Source: Gracilinanus agilis
Taxonomy: Eukaryota
Assembly (NCBI RefSeq): GCF_016433145.1
Contig: NC_058132.1
Span: 408,732,356-408,796,355, forward strand
Length of the DNA: 64,000 nt
Direction: 5' to 3'
A model generated the notes under the pieces. That model made no database searches. It was not told the DNA's origin and saw only the letters and a list, made by a program, of their open reading frames with translations. The position numbers and the translations under genes are program-made. The first letter of the stretch is position 1; the number at the start of each line of letters is the position of its first letter. This document shows, one piece after another, positions 26,162 to 39,532 of the stretch.

Positions 26162-28400
26162 CACAGTTGATCATTTTGATTATCGTGATCAATATTATAT
26201 TTTTGTTATCATATATATTGTTTTCCTGGTTCTGCTCATTTCATTTTGCATCAGTTCATAGAAGTCTTTTCAGGTTTTCCTGCATTTAGAACAAACAGAA
26301 TAAGTTCATCATTTCTTATGGTGCAGTAGTATTTCATTATAACCATATACTTCAACTTGTTTATCCAGTCCCCAAATGATGAATAACTCCTCAGTTTTCA
26401 ATTATTTGCCATTACAAGGAAAGCTGCTAAAAATATTTTTGAACAAGTAGGTCCTTTTCCCTTATCTCTGATCTCTTTGGGATACAGGTAAATCTGGGTC
26501 AAAGGGAATACATAGTTCTATGGCCTTTGGAACCTGGGTCCATATTGTTCTCCAGTATGGTTGTATACTCACAGTTACACCAACAGTGTATTAGTGTCCC
26601 AATTTTCCTACACCTCTTCCAATATTTATCATTTTCCTTTTTAGTCACGTTACCCAGTATGATAGGTATGAGGTAGCATCTCAGAGTTGTTTTAATTTTC
26701 ATTTTTCTCATCAAAAATGGTTTGGAACAATTTTCCATGTAACTATACATAGTTTTAATTTCTTCTTTTGAGAATTGCCTGTTCATATACTTTGACAATT
26801 TTTCAACTGGGGAATGTTTTCTATTCTTACAAATTTGACTTTTTGTTCTTATAAATTTGACTCAGTTCTCTATATATTTGAGAACTAGAGGCCAATGTCA
26901 GAGATATTTGCTATAATTTTTTTTCTAAATTTGTTGTTTTCCTTCTTGATTGCATTGGTTTTGTTTGTGCAAAACCTTTTTACTTTAATATAATTAAATT
27001 TATAAAATTCATTTTTATAATATTCTCTGTGTCTTGTTTGGTCATAAAGTCTGTTATTCAGTTGTTCACTGTAAAGTATTCCTGTCACAATACACAATGT
27101 TCTCCTGGTTCCATTTATTTCCACTTGTCATTTCCTATAGTACAATAGTATTTAATTAAATTCATGTATTACAATTTATTCAGACATTCCCCAATTGATG
27201 GACATCAAATCTGTGCCCCCCTAAAAAAAGCTGCTCTAAATATTTTTGTACATATATGCCCTTCCCTTTTTTATCTCTTTATGATGCAAATCAAGTAATA
27301 GTATTGCTGGGTCAAAGAATATATACTATTTTATAGCCCTTTGGGCATAGATCAGGATTGCTCTCCTGAATGATTGCATCAGTTCATAAAGCTCCCAAAA
27401 ATGCATTTGTGTCCCAGATTTCTCATATTCCTTCCAAATTCTGTCATTTTCTTTTTCTATCATTATAGCTAATCTGATAAGTATAAGGTGTACTTCAGAG
27501 TTGTTTTGATTTGCATTTCTCTAAATAATATTGATTTAGATGATACATGTAACAACCCAATGGAATTGTGCATTGGCTACGGGGGGTTGGGGAGTTTGGG
27601 GGAGAGGGAAAGAACATAAAACATGTAACTATGGGAAAANNNNNNNNNNNNNNNNNNNNNNNNNNNNNNNNNNNNNNNNNNNNNNNNNNNNNNNNNNNNN
27701 NNNNNNNNNNNNNNNNNNNNNNNNNNNNNNNNNNNNNNNNNNNNNNNNNNNNNNNNNNNNNNNNNNNNTAGAACATTTTTTTTGCATGATTACCAAGAGC
27801 TTTAGTTATTCTGTTTGAGAACTGCCTATTCATATCCTCCGGGATATTGGAGAATGACTTTTACTCTTATATAATCAATTCATTTTTATTTATATTTGAG
27901 AAATGAGGCCATTATTAGAGACTTGTAAAAATATTTTGCACCATTATGATTGCTGTGTATTGCTTTCCTTCCTATTTACCCCTATTTAGTTTCTGACCTC
28001 CATATCCCCCAATTTACCCTCTTTTCTACCAGCCTTGCCCTGTTTCTCTTATCCCTTTCCCTTCCTATTTTCTGTAGAGTAAAATAGCTTTCTATACCTA
28101 ATTGATTGTGTGTGTGTTCCTCCCTCATTGAATCAATTCTTATGAGAGTAAGGATCACATGCTCTTCTCCCGACCTATTTTCCCCTCCATTGTGAAAATG
28201 CTCTTTCATGCCTCTTTTATGTGCAATAATTTACCCCATTCTATTTTTCCCTTCCAATGGATTCCTCTTTCTTATGCCTTAATTTAATTTAATTTTTTTA
28301 TATCATCCCATCATATTAAGCATGCACCTTTGTCCTCTCTGACTTCTAACTACCCTAATAATGACAAAATTCTTTGGTGTTACAAGAATCATCTCCCCAT

Positions 28401-29448
28401 AAAACATTTTTATAACAAAACTCTCTGACAAAGGTTTAATTTCCCAAACACATAAGGAACTAAGTCAAATTTACAAAAATTCAAGCCATTCGCCAACCAA
28501 CAAATGGTCAAGGGACATGAATAGGCAGCTTTTACATGAAGAAATCAAAACTATTAAAAAGGACATGAAAAAGTATTTTAAATTCCTCCTGATTAGAGAA
28601 ATGCAAATTAAAACAACATTGAGGTACCACCTCACACCTAGCAGACTGGCCAATATGGCAGCAAAGGAAAGTGATAAATGTTAGAGGGGATGTAGCAAAA
28701 TTGGAACACCAGTACACTGTTGGTAGAGTTGTAAATTGATGCAACTGTTCTCAAAGGCAATTTGAAACTATGCCCAAAGGGATTTAAAAGACTGCCCTTT
28801 GATCCAGCCATACCACTGCTGGGTTTGTATCCCAAAGAGATAATAAGGAAAAAAGACTTGTACAAAAATATCTATAGCCACACTCTTTGTTGTGGCAAAA
28901 AATTGGAAAATGGGGGGGGCGGTCCATCGATTGGGGAATGGCTGAACAAATTGTGGTATCTGATGGTGATGGAATACTATTGTGCTGAAAGGAATAATAA
29001 ACTGGAGGATTTCTATGTGAACTGGAAAGACCTTCAGGAATTGATACAGAGCTAAAGGAGCAGAACCAGGAGAACATTGTAGACAGAGACTGATACATTA
29101 TGAAACAATTGAATGTAATGGGATTCTCTACTAGCAGCAATGCAATGATCCAGGACAATCCAGAGGAACTTAGGAGAATGAACACTTTCCACAGATATAG
29201 AAACACAGAAGAAAAACATAGGATCAATCACGTGGTTCAGTGGGGATATGATTAAAGTTTTGATGTTAAAAGATCACTCAAATATGAATAACATGGAAAT
29301 GGGTTTTGAACAATTATATTTGTATAACCCAATGGAAATTGCTTGTCAGCTCTGGGAGAAAGGAGGTAAAAGGGATGGGAAAAATCATAAATCATGTAAC
29401 CATGGAAAAATATTCTAAATAAATTTAAAATATATTAGTCAGGAAAAA
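28401..29448 (+). mobile_element. L1 3' fragment, 5'-truncated
   Basis: ORF2 C-terminus (PFDPAIPLLGLYPKE), 3' UTR and A-tail. 17-bp TSD aagaatcatctccccat at 28384-28400 and 29449-29465. Confidence 0.9.
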
Positions 29449-30441
29449 AAGAATCATCTCCCCATGTAGGGATGTACACAATGTAACCCTATTGAATATC
29501 TTTTGATTCTCTTTCCTGTTTGACCTTTTAATGATTTGCTTGAATCTTGTATTTGAAAGTCAAATTTTCCATTCAGCTCGGGTCTTTTCTTTTTTTTTCC
29601 TTATCATGTAAAATACATTTCCATATTGGGCATTGTTATAAGAGCACATGCTCATACATTATCAGAATCTCAAAATAAAACCATAAATATCCTGATATGA
29701 AAAATAATATTCTTTGATCCACATCCTTCTGACTCCAGCAGTTCTTTCTCTGGTGGTGGATAGTATTCCTTATCATAAGCCTTTCAGGATTGTCAACTCT
29801 GGTCTTTTCATCAGGAATGTTTGAAAGCCTTCTATTTAATTGAATACCCATTTTTCCCACGAAGGATCATGCTCAGTTTTGCTGGGTAAGTGATTCTTGA
29901 TCGAAATCCTAGCTCCTTTGTCCTCTGGACTATTGTATCCCAGGCCCTTCTATCTTTTAATGTAGACACTGCTAAGTCTTATGTTATCCTGACTCTGTCT
30001 CCATGATATTTGAGTTGTTTCTTTTTTTCTGTTTGCAATATTTTCTCCTTGACCTGGGAAAATTTTAATTTGGCTATAATATTCCTGAGAGTTGTCTTTT
30101 GGGGATCTCTTCTAGGAGGTGATTGGTGGATTCTTTCAATTTCTATTTTATCCTCTGTTTTTAGAATATCAGGACAATTTTCTTTAATGATTTCCTGAAA
30201 GATGACATGTAAGCTTCTTTTTTTGATCGTGGCTTTCAGGTAGTTCAATTAATTCTTCTATTATCTTTCCTGGATTTTTTTCCCAGATTAGTTGTTTTTC
30301 CCATGTGATATCTCACATTTTCTTCAATTTTTTTCACTCTTTTGACTTTGATTGTTTCTTGATGTCTTATGGAGTTGTTAGCTTCTACTTGTCCAATTCT
30401 AATTCTTAAGGCATGAGAAGCATAGGGACCATCCAAGAATT

Positions 30442-32253
30442 TGTAATTGCAGGGCCTTATATAGTTACAGACCAACTGCCAATTGGCCCTTGGCATGGCG
30501 CATGCCATCGGCAAGATTCCATTCAGGGTAACTGACAGGATTGCCTAGGGTAATATTGCATGCAAAATCTCTACACTACAATATGCCCATTTATCTTTTG
30601 GAAATTTGCAACCTGCAACATTTCCAGGTCCCTAAGTTCCTAAGGAATTCTACACTTACTCTAAGACTAAACTAAACTATTCCCTTACTCCTTTCTAAGC
30701 ATTGCAAAACAACAAAAGTGGTCTTAGCTCCTATTTTTACTCTATTTCTATCCTAAGTTTAGCTAAGATGGATTATGGGAAGATAAAGGAAAGAAATGGG
30801 GATTAAAGTTTCACAAAATTTTGAACAGAAAGGAAAACAGGATTAAACACAAAACATCAGCAGAAGAGTCTTAAAGCAAAACATTAGCTAAAACAATCTA
30901 AGTAATAAACTCTAACCATGAAATTTTCTAACTTCAAGAACTAACAACAAAAGTAACAACTAAGAAAAATTTCTGGCAACTTTCTAAAACCTAATTCAAT
31001 CTTCCTAAGAGTTAGTATTTTATTATGTTAGTACACTTATGCCTACTTTAGAAAATATTAGTAGGGATAAGTAAACCTAACACTAGTTATAAGCCTTTTG
31101 GTTAAACCATAGACTTAAACTATGTACAGTATTTCACAAAGAAAATTCTGACCCTGTTCTAACTTACCAAAAACTAACTATTCCCTGTGTGTTAGTAAAA
31201 ATTATTACTAAGGAAGCTATTACTAAGAGTTAGTAAGTAAGCATTTAGATATTTACATTCTTTAAAAGGAAATGTCAGATGGTTTTGAGTAGAAGGTGTC
31301 TAGACCAAAGTAAGAGAAAAACTCCAAGCTAAGGCAGACAAACCCTTCTCTCCTAGCTGGCTCGCCAAATGTAATGGAAGATAATGTAATAGATAATATG
31401 ATGATGATGGTATATGTGAGTCACCAGGGGCCTGGGAGCCTGTAACTAAACTAGCAGGAGATTTTGGAGCTAGATGTTATCAATGATGAGTAGCCTCAGC
31501 TGTGGTGCCCAGTCAATCACCACTGCCAGCTATAGGCTCCTTTAAGGTGTTGAGTGTGTGGCCCCTCCCTTCTGAAGTAACTGCCTTCCTATTGGGTGAG
31601 AGCAGAACCCAGCAGGAAATGGGACTCTACTTCCTGAATACAATGGAGGCTTAGCTTCCACTTCATAGTAACCTCAACTTCTAAATATTCTCTCCTCTCC
31701 TTAGTCTCCCTAGCCTTGGTGATGTTGAAGGAATCACAGGAACTCACAGATTTAGACTAAGGGATTTATTTAAAACTGGAAAGGGAAAACTAAGGTAAGA
31801 GGGTTCAAGGTCTTATAAAGCTGTTGCTAGGGGCAACTGGCAAGTGTTGGTAATGGACCTAGAAGGTCAAGTCAGGCTGAGGGAACCAGCCCTCAGCCAG
31901 AGATAACTTGACACTGGCCTGACGTCATTTGATCCACCAGCTAAACAGATGAAGTTGTTGAGTTGTTCTAGGGATGTCCCTAACCACTAGGCTACTCTAA
32001 ACTAATTCCTGACTACATTCCACAACTCACCTCCCTTCAACCTCCCGGGGTCCCCAAGGGAAAGTGAGAGGTAGCTGGGTAGCTGGGTGAGGTCAAGGAA
32101 ATCAGAACTCCAAAGTTGGGTTTGCAGGGCCTTATATAGTCACAGACTAACTGCCAGTTGGCCCCTAGCATGGGGCATGCCATCAGCAAGATTCCATTCA
32201 GGGTAACTGACAGGATTGCCTAGGGTAATATTGCATGCAAAATCTCTGCACTA
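30442..32253 (-). mobile_element. Small non-coding ERV-type LTR element with tRNA-Arg PBS
   Basis: 5' LTR about 31370-32253 (TATA rc ctatataag near 32131-32139; polyA signal rc near 31765). PBS rc TGGCGAGCCAGCTAGGAG at 31350-31367. Internal region 30581-31349. PPT-like aaaagataaatgggcatat. Internally deleted 3' LTR 30442-30580 sharing 131 bp with the 5' LTR (8 mismatches). Confidence 0.8.
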
Positions 32254-33687
32254 TGGTTTTTGTCCTTGATTTCTCATTTGGCCATTCTACTTGGTAAAAA
32301 GTTCTTGTCTTCAGTGAATTCTTTTATCCTTTTTTCCAAAGGGCCAATTCTGATTTCTAAGAAGTTCTTCACTTTTTTGGATTTTTGTGCCTCTTTTAGC
32401 AATTGGCCTATTCTACTTTTTAGGATATTAATTTCTTCAGTATTTCTTATGCCTCTTTTACCAAGCTATTGATTCTCTTTTAATGATGTTCTTGTATCAC
32501 TTTCATTTATTTTTCTTCTACCTCTTTGATTTTAAAAATCTTTTTTGAGTTCTTGCATTTATTCTTTTGCGGTTTGAGAGCAATTACTATTTTTCTTGGA
32601 GGATTTGGATGCAGTAGTACTGCCTTTGTTGTCTTCTCTGAATATGAGTCTACCCTGTCATCAAAATAATTTTCTATGTTGTTTCTTATTGTTGTTGTTT
32701 GCTAGTTTTCCTGCCTTTTGCTTTTCATTTAGTTTAAAAAACTATTAAAATTGAACTCTGTAATTGTAGTAAAGGGAGCACTGTTCCAAGGTTCAGGTTC
32801 TTTGTGCAGTTGCCTTCAGAGCTGGCACTGGGAATCTATCTGCTTTCAGTTCTTCCAAGGTAGTATGATGTAAGGAGAGGTGTGTTTAATACTCTCCTGG
32901 CCTGCACTCTGGTCTGTGAGTAATCCAAAGAACACTTTTACCCCTTGGAAGTGTGTCCAGGGACCCCAGTCTCCTGTGGCTGAAGGTACTGGTATATGCT
33001 TGTGTTCCTCCCTACCCTGCGATTTGTGCCTAAGGATTGTGACCTGGTTCTGCATATGGGCAGAGGCAAGAGTCTTGTACCCAGAGCCAGCAAAGAGACC
33101 CTTGTAATTTCCTTCTGAAAAATTGTCCTACCTCCCACCCCTTACCACCTGGGGCAGAGAGTTCTGGAAATCTTGGTTTCTGCTTCAGTTTTGCCCAATG
33201 CCTATTGCCTTGGCGGGACTGTCCTGGTGTGCAGTCCTCTACCTCCACCCCAGAACATTAGATCCCTCCTTCTAAGTTGTTTTGGACTGAATTTCTGGTT
33301 TCTATTGATTTTGTTATTGATATGGTCATTTTCATTGATGTTTTTCCTAATATTGAACCATCCCTGCATTCCTGATATAAAACCCACCTGATCATGGTAT
33401 ATGATCCCATTCTTCTGAACACTAGTTTTTCATGACTCATCATTCTTCTAGTTCCTCTCCTACCTACCTGAATATTCCTCAGTTTCCTTTGCTGAATCTT
33501 TATCCAGGTTGCACCAAGAAACTCTAGGTGTTTTCCAAAGCTTTGTTCTGGGCCCTCTTCTTATTTCCTTCTATTTGGTCATGCTTGATTTTCCTACCAG
33601 TTGCCAAGGGTTCAATTATCATCTCTGCAGATATTTCCCTAATCTCTTTCCTAAGCTACAGTCATGAATCATTCCTATAGAGGTCCT

Positions 33688-33698
33688 ATAGGTATCTC

Positions 33699-33735
<37 letters not shown>

Positions 33736-33738
33736 TAT
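33688..33738. repeat. A-run plus (TA)n microsatellite
   Basis: Directly visible. Confidence 0.95.
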
Positions 33739-34719
33739 CCAAAAGAAAATGTTCCACTCTTCTCAATTTTCCTGTTAATTTTAAAAGTATTTCCATTCCT
33801 GAGCCAGACTCAGGACCTTGGTGGTATTCCCAACACCCCTCAGTTGGGTTTAACTGCAGCCAGTTCCCTGGTAACATAATTGATACTAGAATAAAACAAG
33901 ACACTTGTAAGTCAACTAAAATTTAAAAAATGATTTACTCAGGAATAGCAGAAGGAGATTCAAGGATATGCATTAAGATAACTGCAAACTGATTCAACTG
34001 GATGAAACTCCCTTGCCTGAGTTGTCCATCATCTTCCAATCATGCACTNNNNNNNNNNNNNNNNNNNNNNNNNNNNNNNNNNNNNNNNNNNNNNNNNNNN
34101 NNNNNNNNNNNNNNNNNNNNNNNNNNNNNNNNNNNNNNNNNNNNNNNNNNNNNNNNNNNNNNNNNNNNNNNNNNNNNNNNNNNNNNNNNNNNNNNNNNNN
34201 NNNNNNNNNNNNNNNNNNNNNNNNNNNNNNNNNNNNNNNNNNNNNNNNNNNNNNNNNNNNNNNNNNNNNNNNNNNNNNNNNNNNNNNNNNNNNNNNNNNN
34301 NNNNNNNNNNNNNNNNNNNNNNNNNNNNNNNNNNNNNNNNNNNNNNNNNNNNNNNNNNNNNNNNNNNNNNNNNNNNNNNNNNNNNNNNNNNNNNNNNNNN
34401 NNNNNNNNNNNNNNNNNNNATCTCTGATCAGAACCAGGGAGACAATGCTCTTATGGCCCCCACACAAAATCATATGTATACACAACACCACCACATGGAG
34501 CTAAGCTCTCTTGGAGTCTCTCTAGACTGTTTTTACTCAGGTTGCCAGGAAATGACATCAAAAGCCTGAATGTTTAGTCCTCTAAGCCACTCAACTAATA
34601 CCTTTTAAGGAAAAATAGGCTACCTTAATTTGGGAGAAGGCTTAGATTATTACTTACAAGATAGTGCTGAGGTCCTTAAGGTTTTCTACAGGACTTTCTA
34701 ATGTTTAAAAATGACTTGA

Positions 34720-34910
34720 GGGGCAGCTAGGTGGCTCAGGCCTGGAGACAGGAGGTCCTGAGTTCAAATATGGCCTCAGACACTTCCTAGCTGGGTAGCC
34801 CTGGGCAAGTCACTTAACCCCAGTTGCCTAGCCCTCACCACTCTTCTGCCTTGCAAATGGTACTTATTATCAATTCTAAGACAGAAGATAAGGAATCTTT
34901 TTTTTTAAAT
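34720..34910 (+). mobile_element. SINE1-type SINE
   Basis: ggggcagctaggtggctcag head with small deletion, CORE and tail. Confidence 0.8.
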
Positions 34911-36139
34911 TTATATTAATGACTTAAGGATTGTAACTGATCTACCCTGTCCTTGAATATTCAAGAAGTCTGAACAGAACATAGCAATACCAAAACAAAG
35001 CAAATAGTGTTACAGCTTTCTGAAGGAGTGCCTGACTATGGGAGAATAAAGACCAGATGTCCCAGGCTTCTAACTCTACTCTTTGAAAGACCAAGTCCCA
35101 AGACTAAACAACTATGTTTTAGACGATGCTAAATCTTTGCAATAGACAGTAGGTCAATCAATGTAAAAAGGGGTGCCCATAAACAGGATTAGTGCCAAGA
35201 AAATAAACACTAGAACAGAAGTGATGGTACTTCTGCATAATCATTGATCCTTGTCATGCATCAAGGAGAATTTCTACCCAGCATTCAGTGTGTAGAAATA
35301 TACCCAAAAGCCAAGATGATTTCTTCCCCTAGAAGCCCTTTAGTGGTGAGAAATATAGTCTTTACTCCATGAGAAGCCCTCCCTTCTTTTGTAGGGGATG
35401 GATTGATGCTTTGGCATCTACCTTATTTATAGAAACAAAACACTATCCATCAATACCACCCCTTGGTCCTCCAAGGCCTCTAGGGAGGAATTCTGCAGTG
35501 CCCACCGGGTATTGTAATGTAAGTAATGTGGAGAAGTCAATCATTTCTAAATAATAGTAAGCAATGGGTTACAACAGGTCTGCCTTTTACCACTGTCAGT
35601 GCCTACTCTTCTGCTGGTTTGCTACTGTCCCTAAGAGCCACACAAACAGCCAATCCATGTCTTTCCATATGTCTACTTCTGAAGCCAGATCTACTATACA
35701 CTGCCCTCTGTTCTGCGATCTGATCACTGCCCCTACCATACACATCTGTGCTTGTTGCTCACCAGCCACTGCTACTGGTACTCATGTTTCTATCTGATGA
35801 CCATCAGCCAGTGCCACTAGGACCTAGAGGTCTTCCTCACTTGGCCAAGGTCAGCATCTGTGCCAGAGCCTGAGTGCTGCTTCAAGTGCTACCATTGTTC
35901 TCTTGTTATGGGGCAGACAACTACCACTTCTGAGTCTTGAGCTTGCTTGCCCTGTGTTGGACCAAACTTCACCCTCCTATGCTGCTGCCTAACTCTTCCT
36001 TCCTATGCTATGACAGAACATTACCATGAACCTGAGCTCTATTGCACTGCTGTTGTTAGGATCTGACCCTACCCCTCCTATCCCAGGCTTGACTTTGTAC
36101 CCCTATGTTGGGGAAAGCATCAGCCCTATCCATTAGGGA

Positions 36140-36370
36140 CAGCTAGGTGGCATAGTAGATGAAGTACCTGGCCTAGTTTCCAACACTTACTAGCTGTGTG
36201 ACCCTGAGCCAATCATTGAACTCTGTCTGCCTCAGTTTTCTCATCTGTAAGATGGAGGCGATGATAATAGCACCTAATTCCCAGGATTGTTGTGAGGATG
36301 ATATGAGATCATAATTGCAAAATGCTTAGCACACAGTGCCTGAAACATAGTAAGCACTATATAAATATTA
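36140..36370 (+). mobile_element. MIR SINE
   Basis: ctagctgtgtgaccctg...cctcagttttctcatctgtaagatgg...gtgcctgaaacatagtaagcactatataaat. Confidence 0.8.
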
Positions 36371-37091
36371 TGTATCTATGTTGAAGCAAGTATTGTCCTG
36401 CCATGCTTATGCCAAACTCCATCTCCCTGTGCAGGGTATTACTGCCAGTCTGGAGTATATCTGATCTGTATTTGCTAGAGCGTTGCAGATGCTGCTAATT
36501 CTCTAGCCTGGTTCTTCACCCTCTTATTAGGACTGGGTCTGCAAGCCAGAGTATCACTGTCCATAGTGAGCCACTCTAGTTAGTGAGGACATGAACTGCC
36601 ACTTGGAATGGCTCAAGTAACTCCAAAAGGGGAGTAAGCATTTAGATCACACTTACTATACAGCAGGCACCATACTGAGCATGTTTCTGTTTGGTTTTAT
36701 TTTTATAAATATAGTCTAATTTGACCTTCCAACAATCCTGCAAGGTAGGTGCATAAAATTCTGGCTGGTAATGCCAGGGCTTGGGTTCCCTTCCCTGTTA
36801 ATGGTCATCCCCTCCAACTCAGAGAATTCCTCCTGCTATCAGCCATCCCCCACTGAGGGACTTGGCAGCTCCTCCTCTCTTAAAATCCCATCCCAAACGC
36901 TACCACCAAGATGAGGGAGGAACATCCAGCTTAAGATCACCCACCCATAATGTTAGCAAATTCTTAAAATATATTCCTAAATCTTCAAGATTTGGAAATG
37001 AGAAATCAGAATTCCTAGAAATTCTCAGAACTTCCTGAAATCATGTTATTTTTCATAACATTTTATCTACATTTGTAAAAATAATGTGACC

Positions 37092-37279
37092 GGGGGCAGC
37101 TGGGTAGCTCAGTGGAGTGAGAGTCAGGCCTAGAGACAGGAGTTCCTAGGTTCAAACCCGGCCTCAGCCACTTCCCAGCTGTGTGACCCTGGGCAAGTCA
37201 CTTGACCCCCATTGCCCACCCTTACCACTCTTCCACCTATGAGACAATACACCGAAGTACAAGGGTTTAAAAAAATAAT
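37092..37279 (+). mobile_element. SINE1_Mdo-type SINE, young
   Basis: Full length; TSD aataatgtgacc at 37080-37091 and 37280-37291; 2 mismatches to the copy at 2881-3064. Confidence 0.93.
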
Positions 37280-39532
37280 AATAATGTGACCATAATAATG
37301 TGGAGCAGTGAATCATTTTTTCTATGCTAGAGTTAAATTTTTTTAAATTTTAGTATAATTTTATTTATTTATTTTTTAAAATATTTTTTCCATGGATATA
37401 TGATTCATATTCTCTCCCTCTCCTCTTCCTTCCCCCCTCCTGGAGCTAACAGGCAATTCCACTAGGTTATACTTGTATTACCATGTTAGAGTTATTTTTA
37501 AATGTCATAATTTTATAAAAGTTTCTATAAAATATGATAATACATATATGATTTATTATTATTATGCACCAACATATTGTGAGCATTATTTAAAACTTAT
37601 CTGACAATAAGTTGACTGACATACTTTATTTTTTAAAAAAAATACAAAATTCTCCATACTGTTTATTCATTGTTATAGACCTAAAAAAATTAATAAATAA
37701 AAAATATTATATTTAGTAACATTTACAAAGAACTGTAGACCATAGTAAATATTCAGCCACTGGGAGATATGAACAGACATTATTGGGTAGTATTCAAACA
37801 GTAAACATTCAGATCACCTGAAAAGGTTAACAGTACTACCCAAAATTGTAGGCCAAAATTGCTAATTTATAAAATTATTTTTTGCTTTTCAAAATGTTAT
37901 TTCCTGAAGTACCTCTCACATATACTATGTATATAAACATTAACATTTATTTTTGTTTGTAAGAATGACTCACCATTAACGCAAACAGGACCACAAACAC
38001 AGCATATCATCCTGGCAACAGTTACAAGCAAGATTGTCTGATTAGATTGTGTCCACTTCTCTCCCACGTGCTTCAGTCCTAGGTTCCAAGAAATGTTAAC
38101 CTTAACCAATAGCAATAGATTCCCTCAAACCAGTAATATTGATTTTTAACATTTAATTCTCATAGGGAAAGTATAACTTTTCCCCAATTTGTCAAATAAT
38201 TTTTCTCAGGATTTGAAATTTGTTAAAAAAAGAAGATATAAATTTCCTAAGATATTCAAGAGGAATTAATTCTCAAATAGAATTACTGTTCACCTATACT
38301 CAAGGAAAGATGTAACAAAACAACAAATAAAATCCACAAAGCCAGATTCCTTAGACCAGTTGTTGTTCAGTCTTTTTTGGTTTTTCCCAGCTTTTTGTGA
38401 CCCCATTTTGGGATTTTCTCAACACATACTGAAGCGGTTTGCCATTCCTTTTCCAGTTCATTTTACAGGTGAGGAAACTGAGGCAAACAGAGCAAAGTGA
38501 CTTGCCCAGGATTACACAGCTAGTAATGGTCTGAGCCCAGATTTGAACTCAAGAAGATGAGTATTTGCTCTCTCTGCCAGGTGTGACTAGTAGCTATGTC
38601 TGCTAGAGTAGGAGAGGGTCCCTTGGGCTTAAGTTCAGTAGGACTGCCTCAGTGGAAGATCCAGAGAGACAGAGATAGAGAGAGACAGGGGAAAAGGAAA
38701 AGGGATGGAGGAGAAATGTATTTGGGAGTGAAAGGGGAAGCTTTTTGGCTGATTCAGAACTTCTATCTGTCCTCAACTCACTGTATTAATTTGGATATTA
38801 TTTGTTTGTTTATATCTCCAATTTTTTTTAAAGTCTCTAGACCCCAAGGGAAAATTAAATATGGTTCTTTCAAGTGCCTCCCTCAATGGCTTGCATTGAA
38901 GAATCACAACCAAGTCTGTATGGCACAATTCTGGTTTGTCCCTCAAATCACTTTTTAAAACTCTCAAATAACTCCTCCATTTTTAATTTTAAAACCCTCA
39001 AATAACTCCATCTGTTAGAAAATCTTAAAATTCCACGTATCTACCTTGGTTTGCATTCTTTCACTGCTAGAGTCCATGTCATATCTCAATAGGCTTGCCA
39101 TCTCCATATAGAGTTTCCTCATCTATGAAATGATCTAGAGAAGGGCATGGCAAACCATGCCCTATCTTTGCCAAGAAAGCCCCAAATGGGGTCATGGAGA
39201 GTCAGACAGGACAGAACAACAAGAAGTGCTAAATGACAAAGACTTCACAAAAGAGCACCTGGGAGAGAGACAGCTTCCATTGGGGCAGGAAGAATAGGTA
39301 CCTTATCATGAACACCAGTATGGCACATGCTTACCTGGACATTTAGGAATCAAGTTGAAGATTTGTTCCTAGATGAGTTGGTATTTGTATTGTTCAAAAA
39401 ACTAATGTCAATGAATAAAGATCGTGTGCATTGATGACTACAAATCTGCTTTATTATTTCTTGTCAGCATATATAACAATAAATCAGTTCCTCACACATC
39501 ATTTGTTATAGTCCTAAAAGACAATTGTGGGT

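Larger units (their letters stand above)
22820..33420 (-). mobile_element. Stack of older L1 fragments (3' end, ORF2, ORF1, 5' UTR) hosting younger L1s and an LTR element
   Basis: Track ORFs 26499-26798, 26885-27124, 28471-28865 (ORF2-like), 29979-30514 (ORF1: FQEIIKENCPDIL, IERIHQSP) and 33202-33387 ([14 protein letters not shown]). Confidence 0.75.

Noticed and set aside
33994-34569. Long ORFs containing X runs (also near 18.2, 27.6, 45.6 and 51.7 kb)
   Set aside because: Artefacts of assembly gaps.
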